A stretch of DNA of 64,000 nucleotides from NCBI RefSeq assembly GCF_001194135.2, contig NC_068988.1, forward strand, positions 53,929,123-53,993,122, given 5' to 3'. Shown here one piece after another: positions 25,036 to 36,149 of this stretch. How positions within the stretch are numbered: the stretch's first letter is position 1; every line of letters begins with the position of its first letter. Source of the DNA: Octopus bimaculoides. Taxonomy: Eukaryota. The notes under the pieces are model-generated. The model was not told where the DNA came from and ran no database searches. It worked only from the letters and a program-made list of their open reading frames with translations. The position numbers were made by a program, and so were the translations under genes.

Positions 25036-26130
25036 TACTATTTGATATAATGTTGATATTGCTTTGGTACCACTGCCTTTTTCTTTATTTTTATACAAGA
25101 TTATAACCAATTATTAAAGTTTGTTATAATAGATTGCATCAGAAGAGTGACGATGCTGCTGTTGATGATTAATAGAAGGATTAAATTAAACCATCTTGGT
25201 TTAAAAACTTGCATAATTTCTTTGTATTAGAAGCAGAAATTTTTCCTACTACATTTCGTGAAAACCTTCTCCATTGCTGGAAGAACCATTTTTATATGAT
25301 GATTATAACATAATTTTTTATAAACTCTAGGGAAGAGACAAGGTCATTGATATTTATTATCTCATCTCAAAAATGTCTGTTTTTTTTTTTTGCTCTTTCC
25401 TTTTTTTACCTCCCTTCCACTTACAGTTTTGCTCTTAATACTTGTTTCACTTCTGTCATCTGCTTTAATTTATAACTGAAGTGGGTTTTATTTTTTGGGG
25501 TTATATTTTTAAAAAACCGTATCGATCTGTGTTGTTGGTGCTAATGTTGTTTCAACAGAAATGTTTTCATCCCCAGGCAGTATTGTGAAATTCTGCTCAG
25601 TGAATGCTTCTGTGCTCCCTTTTTTTTTTCTTTCTTTTTTTGTTTGTTTGTTAAGAACTACCTGTCCATTCCCTGCATTACTGTTCTATGTATCATCACC
25701 ACAGTAGCACTATTTTCCTTCTTTGTTCAGAGTTGATTTAAGCATTCCTGTGATAACTCTTACCTAAGTCATACGCTCGTTCAAGAGTTTTCTCCCCTGA
25801 TCACTCCTCCTTACAAAAAATCTGAAAATTTTATTCATTATGGTGCTTCTATACATAAATATATATCGAGGACTCATCTTAACTCGTTCTCCCCAACTTC
25901 TACGTTCTCGGTGTAAAATTTCAGGTGCAACAATATTGTGATAACATATTGATAATCTACCTCTAACAAATGAGTAAATTTTGAGCACGCAGGGTGTTGT
26001 GTTCTGTGGAATTGTTTCAAAATGTTTCATGTGTGAGAATTGTCTTCAAATAATGCAGTGTGTGTGTGTGATGTGTGATATATGTGTGTTGTTAATCATC
26101 TTTTACTACCTTATTGTCATACTAACGTCA

Positions 26131-26202
26131 AAGCAGGAATTACTTTGAAATTCTTGAATGCATTAGTCTTCATGTAAAAAGAATTTCAAATTATTCCTGC
26201 TT
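26131..26202. other. 72-nt hairpin, pre-miRNA-like geometry
   Basis: 5' arm aagcaggaattactttgaaattctt and 3' arm aagaatttcaaattattcctgctt, with an inner tgcat/atgta stem and an 8-nt loop. Confidence 0.6.
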
Positions 26203-27242
26203 GTTCAGATCTTCAGCTGCTGTCTCACCAAATATTTAAGAATTGGTGCCATATTTAAGATCCAAAATCTTTTAAATGACTTCGATTTAAAGGTTACCGG
26301 GAATAATTATTAAGTGTTTGGAATTTTAAAAAATTAATAAAATGAAATTAATAAAATCGTTTTTTTTTTTTATAATTAGTATTTTAATTATATTTTAATC
26401 ATTATTGTTAATTATCAACTTGAATATTTAAAACAAATGTTAAATTCTTTCGTCTAAGTGTGGCTTTATTAAATTATATAAAGTTAATTTTGAGCTCTGA
26501 TGTTACTTTTAAAAGTATTGCATAATAATAAACAATGAAATTTATGTAAGTGTAGTTGAAAAATAATTCATTTTGGGTATTGTTTGACTTTAAAGTCTTT
26601 TTGAATAGATTACAGTTTAGTTTCACTTTGAGTGAAACTGCTTTTAAACTAAATTCGTTTTAATCAAATGAAACAAAAGCCAGTTAATTTATTTTTCTCA
26701 AATTTTTCTTGTCCTTTTTCTGGTGTTTTTTTTCTTCACTTTATATATTTTTTTCATGATTGCATAAGCTGTTGTTGTTGTTAATTATTATTAGGATGGT
26801 AGATATTGGCAGAATCATTAGAGAGCCAGATAAAATGCCTTACAGTATTTCTTCTTGTTCTTTGCATTCTGAGTTCAAATCCTGCCTAGGTTAACTTTAC
26901 TTTTCATCCTCTCTGGGGTTGGTAAAATAAAGTACCTGTTAAGTACTGGGGTTTTTGTATAATCAACTACCCCTCTCTCAAAATTGCCTCTAAATTAGAC
27001 AATATTATTATTATTATTATTATTATTATTATGATTATTAAACAATGATTTGGTTGCTTTACAAAATGAAATGATAATGAAAAACAAAAGATTTCCAAAG
27101 TGACCTTCCAATTCACTAGTTGTGCATATTCGTTGAGTAGTTTGTATGATTTCATCTTCACTGACTTCATTGTGTCAAGTGAGACCTTCAAGAAGGGTCT
27201 TTCCTGCATGTTTACAGCAAAGTGAATGCCTGGTCCCATTTT

Positions 27243-27280
27243 AATAAACTTTGCCAAGGAATTGTCTGTTTTGTGATTGA
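27243..27280 (+). terminator. Candidate poly(A) site: AATAAA plus downstream GU-rich element
   Basis: AATAAA at 27243-27248, then TGTCTGTTTTGTGATTG at about 27263-27279, at the end of a long T-rich + strand region. Confidence 0.3.
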
Positions 27281-28548
27281 TGTTATCAAATTAAAATTTT
27301 GTTTTGAAAAAAAAAAAAGAAAGCTTACATTGTTTGTGTTTCTTTATCTGTTAACCTTTTTCCATTTGATAGCATAATTCAGAGGTCACATGTTATGCAT
27401 GAAAATGTTTCCTCTACATGATAATATCTTTCTCACAGATGTACCAAGTAAACAGAAATAACTTGACCTGCTGAAAATGCCACCTAACCTGGTGAATTGT
27501 TTGCTCTAAAAGTACAGAAATCCAATAGTGGAATTTAGTTGAAAAGGTGATGAATCCTAAAGTAGCTAGAACATTATAACCATCATTTAACATTTGCTCT
27601 CCATGCTGGCATGGGTTAGACAGTTTAACTGGAGTTGATGAGTGGGAGAGTTGCACCAGGTTCCAGTCTGATTTGGCACAGTTTCTACAGCTGGATGCTC
27701 TATCTAACACCTACCACTCCAAGAGTGTAATGGATGCTTTTTATGTGCCATTTACATGACACCAGCAACGACCACGTCTATGATTCACAGGTGGGTGCCA
27801 TTTGTACAGCACCAGCAATGACTGACTCATGGGTACCATTTACGATTCCTAAATGCTGCCAATATCAAAAAACCATGATTAGATATCTCATTATAGAAGT
27901 GCAAACTGTTGTAAAAGTGGTGAAAATAACATGATATCCATCTACTAAATTTGGATGTTAGATTACAGGAAATATTAGGTTGATGATTAGAATCCTAATT
28001 AATATAAAATAGCATAATACCATCACCACTTGCTTACATTCAAATCTTCCATCATCTATAGTCAGACCATCTCTGAAAATGTTTGAAGAGTGGAGCCTGG
28101 CTAGCAAAGATGGTGTCTTGCATACATGTCTTTCATCTCTCACTTGGATATTAGCAACAAAGACATCCAGTTATTCTTGATCAAAAATTCTTTTCTTCAC
28201 TCCACCAAGTATACCTACTTTCTCTACAGCTGGCTGTCTTATAAACAAGCGTACACATTGAAGTCATTTTTATTCCATTAAACGCAATGTAGCTACTACA
28301 GCCTAAGAATCACAGAGTTATCTCCCTTACCAAGACATTTCTTTAGAAGAGCTTTTCAAGTCGGTTTATGACTGCAAGGACTAAACAACAGATCAAAGAA
28401 TTCTGAAAAAATTACAGTATGCAAGCAAAAATATGAATTGAAGATACTACGTCTCATTGGAGCTTGGAAAAAATCGTGTCTAAATGTAGCTGAGGAAAGC
28501 CCTTAGTGAGAAGCTGAAATAGTTTCAATCAACAATAGATTTGTACAG

Positions 28549-28765
28549 ATAAGGTGGTGAGTTGGCAGAAACGTTAGCACGCTGGGCAAAATGCTTAGCG
28601 GTATTTTGTCTGTCTTTATCTCTTGAGTTCAAATTCCGCTGTAGTCGACTTTGTCTTTCATCCTTTCGGGGTCAATAGATTAAGTACCAGGTGCGTACTG
28701 AGGTCGATTTAATCAAATGGCCCTCTCCCCCAAAATTTCAGGCTTTGTGCCTAAATTAGAAATAA
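28549..28765 (+). mobile_element. Near-consensus family A SINE; further single copies at 10845-11020, 14150-14392, 22715-22950, 26793-27040, 43245-43465, 56270-56490 (+) and 45160-45375, 49436-49665 (-)
   Basis: Full head, B box gagttcaaattcc, central domain and 3' ggccttgtgcc. Confidence 0.85.
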
Positions 28766-29571
28766 TACATTTGTACAAATGGCAAGAAAGTGAGATTTGA
28801 TGATGGATGGGATAATCAAGATTTTCCTTTTCCTTCACAAGTCCTAGGACTCAAAAAGATCCTCCCCAAGTCATAGGGTCAGTTTCCTGGTTTCCGTGAC
28901 ACATATATTTCCCCCTGGATGTGATGCCAGTCTGTTGTACGATCACTTATTTTGCTAGCTCAGTGGACTGAAGTGTTAGAATATCTACAATGACAGTGTT
29001 AAGTGGCTATAGAGAAAAATAATGGAGAAGTATAAGAAGACAGAACAATCAAATATTAATACTTTTTTTTACAAAAGAAATAAATTTTAATACACTAGTT
29101 TTATTTTTACTTCAACATAAATGGAAGAAATTGCAATTTTTTTTTATTGCATTCTTAATTTTTATTCTTGGACTTTTGCCTGCTTCAGTCAATGGACTGT
29201 GGCCATTCTGGAGCACATCCTTGAAAGATTCAGTCAAACAAACCAATCCCAGAGCTTGTTTTATGTCTGCTACTTATTCTATTGGACTCTTTTAATGAAC
29301 CGCTAAGGTATAGGTATGTAAAGAAGCCAACAAAGACTTACACACACACATACATATGCACACACGTGTGTGTGTATATATATAGATATATACATATATA
29401 TATATAATACAAATGATATATGAGCATATGCATGTATACATACATATATGTACATATCTACATGTATATATAGATGCATATCCGGGTATAGGACGTCAAA
29501 AAAGGAACGGGAACATAAATAAAGCACAAAAAACGGACTTTTTTTTACAGACAACAGAATGAACACATAGG

Positions 29572-29618
29572 AAAACAGACGAGCCACTTATGGAACTTTT
29601 CCTTCATCAGCTGCTTTT
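29572..29618 (-). ncRNA. Degenerate hammerhead-like motif in a microsatellite-flanked repeat (29480-29660)
   Basis: Minus strand: stem I AAAGCAG/CTGTTTT, CTGATGA + extra A, stem II GGAA-AAG-TTCC, but ATAA in place of GAAA. Confidence 0.3.
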
Positions 29619-30559
29619 ATTCTAAACTAGTCATTTTGAAGATGAGGCAGAACACTCTCAGACAGATTAATAGATTGAAAATATGAGGAGTTAAGGTCAC
29701 GGTAATCCAAACTAATGCGTATGCATCCTGATTGCTCCAACAGGTAATTCACCAAAATTTCTTTTAGAGCAGCAGCTGGAGTTGGGGTTATGTGAAAGTC
29801 TTGTTTGAAAAAAAATGGTGGTTGGTGGCTTACTTCTGAGTCAGTAGGTATCAGTTAAAGTAATGAGGAAGGCAAACAGCGAGTCAAGGCAGAGCTATGG
29901 CATTTAAATTCATTTAATTCAATCTAAAAATAGTAAAATAATGCAAAACTAGTAAAGATAGTAGAGATAGTCTCTGACAGCTGTTCCTGAGATGTCCCAG
30001 GCATTGGATCATTATATTGACTGAAGACTTTATAAACCAGGTATTCTGTCATCTGAGAACTGTATGAGGAAATGTGTGACAGACAGTAGAACGAAAGCTT
30101 CTCTTTAATGATCTTCATTACAGTTCATTATGGTTCATTCTATTCAGGAGGATAGGAGGGTTCAACTAAATCCATTTGAATCAGTTTTTCTTTAGATGAA
30201 TTCATTATCAAGAGAGTGGTTAAGTAGTATATCAATGTGAGAACGGTTAGGAAACTGCTAGTAGTTGAAAAGTCATGTGAATATTGAGAGAATGAATAAG
30301 CAAAATGTTCTTGCATGAGAGAAAATATGGACTGAGAGAGATACAAGTTTTATATTATATAGGGTTTAGTATATCAAAAATACATTCTGGTATGAGAAAG
30401 ATAGATAGCTCTATATATATATAGATAAACATTATCAACTACATATATGTAACATATTATTGTCATGTATTTGCTGGTGTTAAAAGACATGAAAGTGAGA
30501 TAACCCACCTCCAATCTCATCGAGGAATAATGGACATTGATGCTTCACCATTTTTGTGG

Positions 30560-31130
30560 CTTATCAATCTGATCTGGCAAAGTTATTGCCTGGAGGACTA
30601 AGATTAATAGGAGGAAGGTTAAGACTGAACCTTGGTGGACCCCTACCTCTACCCGGAATTCTTCACTGTACTCATTGCCAACCCTCATCTTACTGACAGT
30701 GTACCTGTACATGGCTTGTACAGCTCTCACTAACCATTCATCTATCCCTAGTTTCCTCATTGACCACAAGATAAGGGATCGGGGTACCCTGTCAACGGCT
30801 TTCTCCATGTCAATGACGGCTAGGTACAGAGGTTTATCTTTGGCTAGGTATTTCTGCTGCAGCTGTCTTACCAGAAATATATCATCAGTGGTGCTTTTCC
30901 CTGGCACAAACCCAAACTGCATCTCCTCTAAACTGACTCTCTCCCTAATTAGTTGGGCTATGACCCTCTCCGTAACCTTCATTACCTGATCCAACAACTT
31001 GATACCTCTGGAATTTGTATCTAAAGCATCACCTTTACCTTTGTAGCAGTTGACTATGGTGCTGCTACACCAGTCATTGGGTATGATTCCTCCGTGTATC
31101 ACCTGGTTAACTATATGGGTGACTAGGCTA
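30560..31130 (-). mobile_element. RTE-clade reverse transcriptase fragment (N-terminal RT motifs)
   Basis: ORF 30545-31222: IPNDWCSSTIVNCYKGKGDAL...RGIKLL...MQFGFVPGKSTTDDIFLVRQLQQKY...DMEKAVDRVPR...GVHQGSVL. The ORF's poly-D start is read-through from an adjacent RTE 3'UTR (31140-31340). Confidence 0.9.
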
Positions 31131-31364
31131 TAGCCAACATTGTCGTCATCATCATCATCATCATCATCATCATTATCATCATCACCATCATCATTTTTAA
31201 CATCCATTTTCCATGCTGACATGAGTTGGATGATTTGACAGGAGCTGGCAAACTGGAGAATTCCTTTCTAATACCAACCACTTTACTGTATATTAGGTGA
31301 TTTTTTTTAGAAGATACCAGCACAATTACTTTTTATGTGGCTCTAGCACAGGTGCTTTTTGTGT

Positions 31365-32140
31365 GGTATCAACACAGCATGGCACCAATACAATATGGCA
31401 CCAGCACAATGTGGAACCAGTGCAATGTGGCATCAGCACAGCATGGCACCAGCATAGCGTGGCACCAGCATAGAATATGAATTAATTTAAAAGAAAACAA
31501 AACAATTTTGCTGAGATAAAAATAATATAGGCATAGGAGTGGCTGTATGGTAAGTAGCTTGCATATGAACCACATGGTTCCGGGTTCAGTCCCACTGCGT
31601 GGCACCTTGGGCAAGTGTCTTCTACTATAGCCTCGGGCCGACCAAAGCCTTGTGAGTGGATTTGGTAGACGGAAACTGAAAGAAGCCCGTCGTATATATG
31701 TACATATATATATATATATATATGCATGTGTGTGTATATGTTTGTGTGTCTGTGTTTCTTCCCCCCACCCCAAACATCGTTTGACAACCGATGTTGGTGT
31801 GTTTACATCCCCGTCACTTAGCGGTTCGGCAAAAGAGACCGATAGAATAAGTACTAGGCTTACAAAGAATAAGTCCTGGGGTCGATTTGCTCAACTAAAG
31901 GCGGTGCTCCAGCATGACCACAGTCAAATGACTGAAACAAGTAAAAAAGTAAAAGAGTATATGTACACTGCATGGTACCACCAGCACAGCATAGCACCAG
32001 CATAGCATGACATCAGCCCAATGTGGCACCAAGACAGCATGGAACCAGCACAACATGGTACCAGCACAGCGTGGCACCAGCACAAAATGTGAATAAATTT
32101 AAAAGAACAAAAAAGAATTTTGTTGAAATTAAAATAGTAT
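31365..32140. repeat. Two copies of a 16-bp minisatellite block (TGGCACCAGCACAGCA)n plus a ~60-bp AT-rich tail, separated by a family B SINE (31527-31960, +)
   Basis: Arrays at about 31365-31470 and 31965-32085, each followed by gaat.aatttaaaagaa...aattttg.tga.at.aaaata.tata. Confidence 0.75.
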
Positions 32141-32160
32141 ATAAATATACAGTTCTATAT

Positions 32161-32231
32161 GGGCATATGGTGTAGTGGTTAAGAGCGCAGGCTACTAACC
32201 CGAAGATTCCGAGTTCGATTCTAGGCAATGG

Positions 32232-32279
<48 letters not shown>

Positions 32280-32293
32280 TAACAATAATAATA

Positions 32294-32352
<59 letters not shown>

Positions 32353-32390
32353 AATAATAATAATAATGATAATGATAATATTAATAAAAG
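32161..32390 (+). mobile_element. Minimal SINE: tRNA-like head directly followed by an (AAT)n(GAT)n(AAT)n tail
   Basis: gggcatatggtgtagtggttaagagcgcaggctactaacccgaagattccgagttcgattctagg then about 150 bp of trinucleotide repeat. Acceptor and anticodon stems do not pair. Confidence 0.65.
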
Positions 32391-32829
32391 TGGAAAAGAT
32401 CTGGGCAATTTACAATAAATCGATCAAGATAAGTTGCACTCAGAATGAGGACACTCTTCAGCTCTTGTAAATTCAAAAAACGTATCCTAATATTTAAAAA
32501 TGCAATAAAATAAAATAGGAAAAAGTAGAAATACCTGTACATTTAAGCAATTATTAGTACAATACATAAAATGTCAAGGTTTTATAATAATAATCATCTG
32601 TCAAGTTAAAGGCATAATTCATCTAATGAAGAAATACTTTCAGTAGATCAAGAATAGGTAAACATAAAAAGATAGTGTTATTAACTATTAAATGAATTCA
32701 GACGTTCAACAGTATTAATAAAAAGAACAATATCACTTATCTTATCGAAGATTCTTTGTTGACTGTAGCATTACTCATGAAACATAGAATTGAATATCCT
32801 TGTAAGTTCGGATTTTGACATTCCCTAAT

Positions 32830-32872
<43 letters not shown>

Positions 32873-33132
32873 TATATACATATTTATATATATGGCAAAC
32901 CAAGTGAGACCTAAATCTAAGGCCTCAGCCAGCCCACTTATACGTACCTTCCTGTTGAGGCAAGTGAAATCGAAATCGAATTAAATTCGACGACTGGCAC
33001 CCATGCCAACGTCATCTCCTTCATTGGACATGAAACTCGGCTTGCGAAGACCTATTGGGGCAAGCGAAAGCAAAATCGTCAGGGCAGCTGTGCCCAGCAT
33101 CGCCTTCCTGGCACTTGTGCCGGATGGCACGT

Positions 33133-33964
33133 NNNNNNNNNNNNNNNNNNNNNNNNNNNNNNNNNNNNNNNNNNNNNNNNNNNNNNNNNNNNNNNNNNNN
33201 NNNNNNNNNNNNNNNNNNNNNNNNNNNNNNNNNNNNNNNNNNNNNNNNNNNNNNNNNNNNNNNNNNNNNNNNNNNNNNNNNNNNNNNNNNNNNNNNNNNN
33301 NNNNNNNNNNNNNNNNNNNNNNNNNNNNNNNNNNNNNNNNNNNNNNNNNNNNNNNNNNNNNNNNNNNNNNNNNNNNNNNNNNNNNNNNNNNNNNNNNNNN
33401 NNNNNNNNNNNNNNNNNNNNNNNNNNNNNNNNNNNNNNNNNNNNNNNNNNNNNNNNNNNNNNNNNNNNNNNNNNNNNNNNNNNNNNNNNNNNNNNNNNNN
33501 NNNNNNNNNNNNNNNNNNNNNNNNNNNNNNNNNNNNNNNNNNNNNNNNNNNNNNNNNNNNNNNNNNNNNNNNNNNNNNNNNNNNNNNNNNNNNNNNNNNN
33601 NNNNNNNNNNNNNNNNNNNNNNNNNNNNNNNNNNNNNNNNNNNNNNNNNNNNNNNNNNNNNNNNNNNNNNNNNNNNNNNNNNNNNNNNNNNNNNNNNNNN
33701 NNNNNNNNNNNNNNNNNNNNNNNNNNNNNNNNNNNNNNNNNNNNNNNNNNNNNNNNNNNNNNNNNNNNNNNNNNNNNNNNNNNNNNNNNNNNNNNNNNNN
33801 NNNNNNNNNNNNNNNNNNNNNNNNNNNNNNNNNNNNNNNNNNNNNNNNNNNNNNNNNNNNNNNNNNNNNNNNNNNNNNNNNNNNNNNNNNNNNNNNNNNN
33901 NNNNNNNNNNNNNNNNNNNNNNNNNNNNNNNNNNNNNNNNNNNNNNNNNNNNNNNNNNNNNNNN
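33133..33964. other. Assembly gap
   Basis: N run. Confidence 1.
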
Positions 33965-34103
33965 CCTTGTCTCCGTATTCTTTCTGTTGAAGAGCGTAGC
34001 TCGAAACGTCAAAGACTTTCCGTATTCCCGAGCGTCATACTAATATATACTTTTGTTATTTACACCACCTGTCCTCGTCTGTTGTTATTATTTGTATATT
34101 CTC

Positions 34104-34110
<7 letters not shown>
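33965..34110 (+). mobile_element. Probable Penelope-like element terminal fragment ending at a (TA)n(CA)n microsatellite
   Basis: Hammerhead-like motif followed by a T-rich tail and microsatellite. This layout is typical of PLE pseudo-LTR remnants (inference). Confidence 0.45.
33979..34015 (+). ncRNA. Minimal type I hammerhead-like motif with variant core, within a probable Penelope-like element end
   Basis: Stem I TCTTT/AAAGA; core CTGTTGA + extra A; stem II GAGC-GTA-GCTC; GAA; zero-loop palindromic stem III AC/GT; cleavage triplet GTC. Confidence 0.5.
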
Positions 34111-34169
<59 letters not shown>

Positions 34170-34544
34170 GTAAGGTGGCCAGTTAATTGTAACATCAGTA
34201 CTTTTTGAATCCTGCTTTCATGTATGAGTGACAGGGGATTTTATCTTAGCATACAATTGCTAGTGAGTACATGATACTGTCAAACCCCACAAAAGGCAGA
34301 AATCTACATCTTGCATCCCCATCATGTCTGTTACATGGTAATCACCTGCTTCTGTAATATACTTGTGTTGTTTAATGCAGTACATTCATAAGGCATGGCT
34401 GTGTGGTAAGAAGCTTACTTTCCAACCACATGGTTTCAGGTTCAGTCCCACTCTGTGGTAACTTGGGCAAGTTTCTTCTGCTATAGCCTCGGGCTAACTA
34501 AAGCCTTGTGAGAGGATTTGGTAGTTGGAAACTGAAAGAAGCCC

Positions 34545-34580
<36 letters not shown>

Positions 34581-34614
34581 TATAAAACTTACTTGGAAAT
34601 GGATGCGTGGCATT

Positions 34615-35715
34615 CGTTCATCATCATCATCATCATCATCGTTTAACGTCCGCTTTCCATGCTAGCATGGGTTGGACGATTTGACTGAGGACTGGTGAAA
34701 CCGGATGGCAACACCAGGCTCCAGTCTGATTTGGCAGAGTTTCTACAGCTGGATGCCCTTCCTAACGCCAACCACTCAGAGAGTGTAGTGGGTGCTTTTA
34801 CGTGTCNNNNNNNNNNNNNNNNNNNNNNNNNNNNNNNNNNNNNNNNNNNNNNNNNNNNNNNNNNNNNNNNNNNNNNNNNNNNNNNNNNNNNNNNNNNNNN
34901 NNNNNNNNNNNNNNNNNNNNNNNNNNNNNNNNNNNNNNNNNNNNNNNNNNNNNNNNNNNNNNNNNNNNNNNNNNNNNNNNNNNNNNNNNNNNNNNNNNNN
35001 NNNNNNNNNNNNNNNNNNNNNNNNNNNNNNNNNNNNNNNNNNNNNNNNNNNNNNNNNNNNNNNNNNNNNNNNNNNNNNNNNNNNNNNNNNNNNNNNNNNN
35101 NNNNNNNNNNNNNNNNNNNNNNNNNNNNNNNNNNNNNNNNNNNNNNNNNNNNNNNNNNNNNNNNNNNNNNNNNNNNNNNNNNNNNNNNNNNNNNNNNNNN
35201 NNNNNNNNNNNNNNNNNNNNNNNNNNNNNNNNNNNNNNNNNNNNNNNNNNNNNNNNNNNNNNNNNNNNNNNNNNNNNNNNNNNNNNNNNNNNNNNNNNNN
35301 NNNNNNNNNNNNNNNNNNNNNNNNNNNNNNNNNNNNNNNNNNNNNNNNNNNNNNNNNNNNNNNNNNNNNNNNNNNNNNNNNNNNNNNNNNNNNNNNAGTC
35401 TGCCTTTTACTCTGAGTGAGAGTCCCTTTGTCGCCAGCAGGGGTAAGAGCTCTCTAAACTTTGCCCAGGCTATTCTTATTCTAGCAGCTACACTTTCAGC
35501 GCACCCACCCCCACTACTAACTTGGTCGCCCAGATAGCGGAAGCTATCGACTACCTCTAGTTTTTCACCCTGGAATGAGATAGAAGTTGTTTCCTGTTTG
35601 TTTGCAGTCTTTATTGCACCTGAACATCTGCCACAAACAAAAACTAACTTGCTAGTTAACCTGCCTTTGATGTTGCTGCACCTCTTATGTGTCCATAGCT
35701 TGCACCGGGTACATC
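34615..35715 (-). mobile_element. 5'-truncated RTE LINE spanning a gap (34807-35396): RT C-terminus with Cys/His finger, 3'UTR, (GAT)n tail
   Basis: RCTRCKLWTHKRCSNIKGRLTSKLVFVCGRC...LEVVDSFRYLGDQV...ARIRIAWAKFRELLPLL. The family C 3'UTR lies on the other side of the gap. Confidence 0.85.
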
Positions 35716-36149
35716 TATAATAATATAAATTATCTATAAATATATGCATATATACATACATATATGTACATACCTACATATATATGTACATATACATGTA
35801 TATATGGGTTCAGGACATCAAAAAAAACGTAGACAAAATGAGAAATGAGAACATAAAAAACAAAAACATAGAAAACGAACTTTGTTCGACCGACAAAAGA
35901 AACAAACAGGAGAGAGAGAGAGAGAGAGAGATAGTAGGAAACAGCAAAAGTGTAAGAGAGAGCAGGAGAGAGATGGTGTAGTGCTAGTAATGAGGATCTG
36001 AACATAAAACCTGGGTAGAAAAATATGGTGTGAGTGTTTTTGGGGGAGAGCAGCAATACAGTCAGTAGGGCAGTGGGGGCAAGAAAGGGGATTGGAAAAC
36101 AATCATAATTTATGAAGAGGAAATATGAGGAAGAGAAAGACGCAGTTTA

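Noticed and set aside
25764-26030. 88-aa minus-strand ORF ending at a donor-like AG|GTAAGA
   Set aside because: No homology, the stop codon precedes the donor, and the other frames are closed.
15807-28135. miR-71 seed matches (TGTCTTTCA at 15807-15815; CATGTCTTTCA at 28125-28135)
   Set aside because: AT-rich 8-11-mers are expected by chance, the same 8mer arises in SINE variants, and the second site lies beyond the putative poly(A) site.
27958-28143. Possible minus-strand micro-exon (DGLTIDDGRFE) bounded by AG/GT
   Set aside because: Only 35 nt, no partner exons or homology identified; such signal pairs are frequent by chance in AT-rich DNA.
4339-32235. SINE heads with A/B boxes as functional tRNA genes (for example 4339-4407, 21210-21290, 32161-32235)
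   Set aside because: No complete cloverleaf, and they are joined to SINE bodies or tails.
32013-32408. Poly-S/poly-L ORF, and similar ORFs at 42576-42917 (ER repeat), 58307-58842 and 37420-37881
   Set aside because: These are translations of microsatellites.
32981-35761. Long ORFs of 200-370 aa around the gaps, also 52249-53234
   Set aside because: They read through N runs. Only the RTE part at 35397-35715 is real coding remnant.
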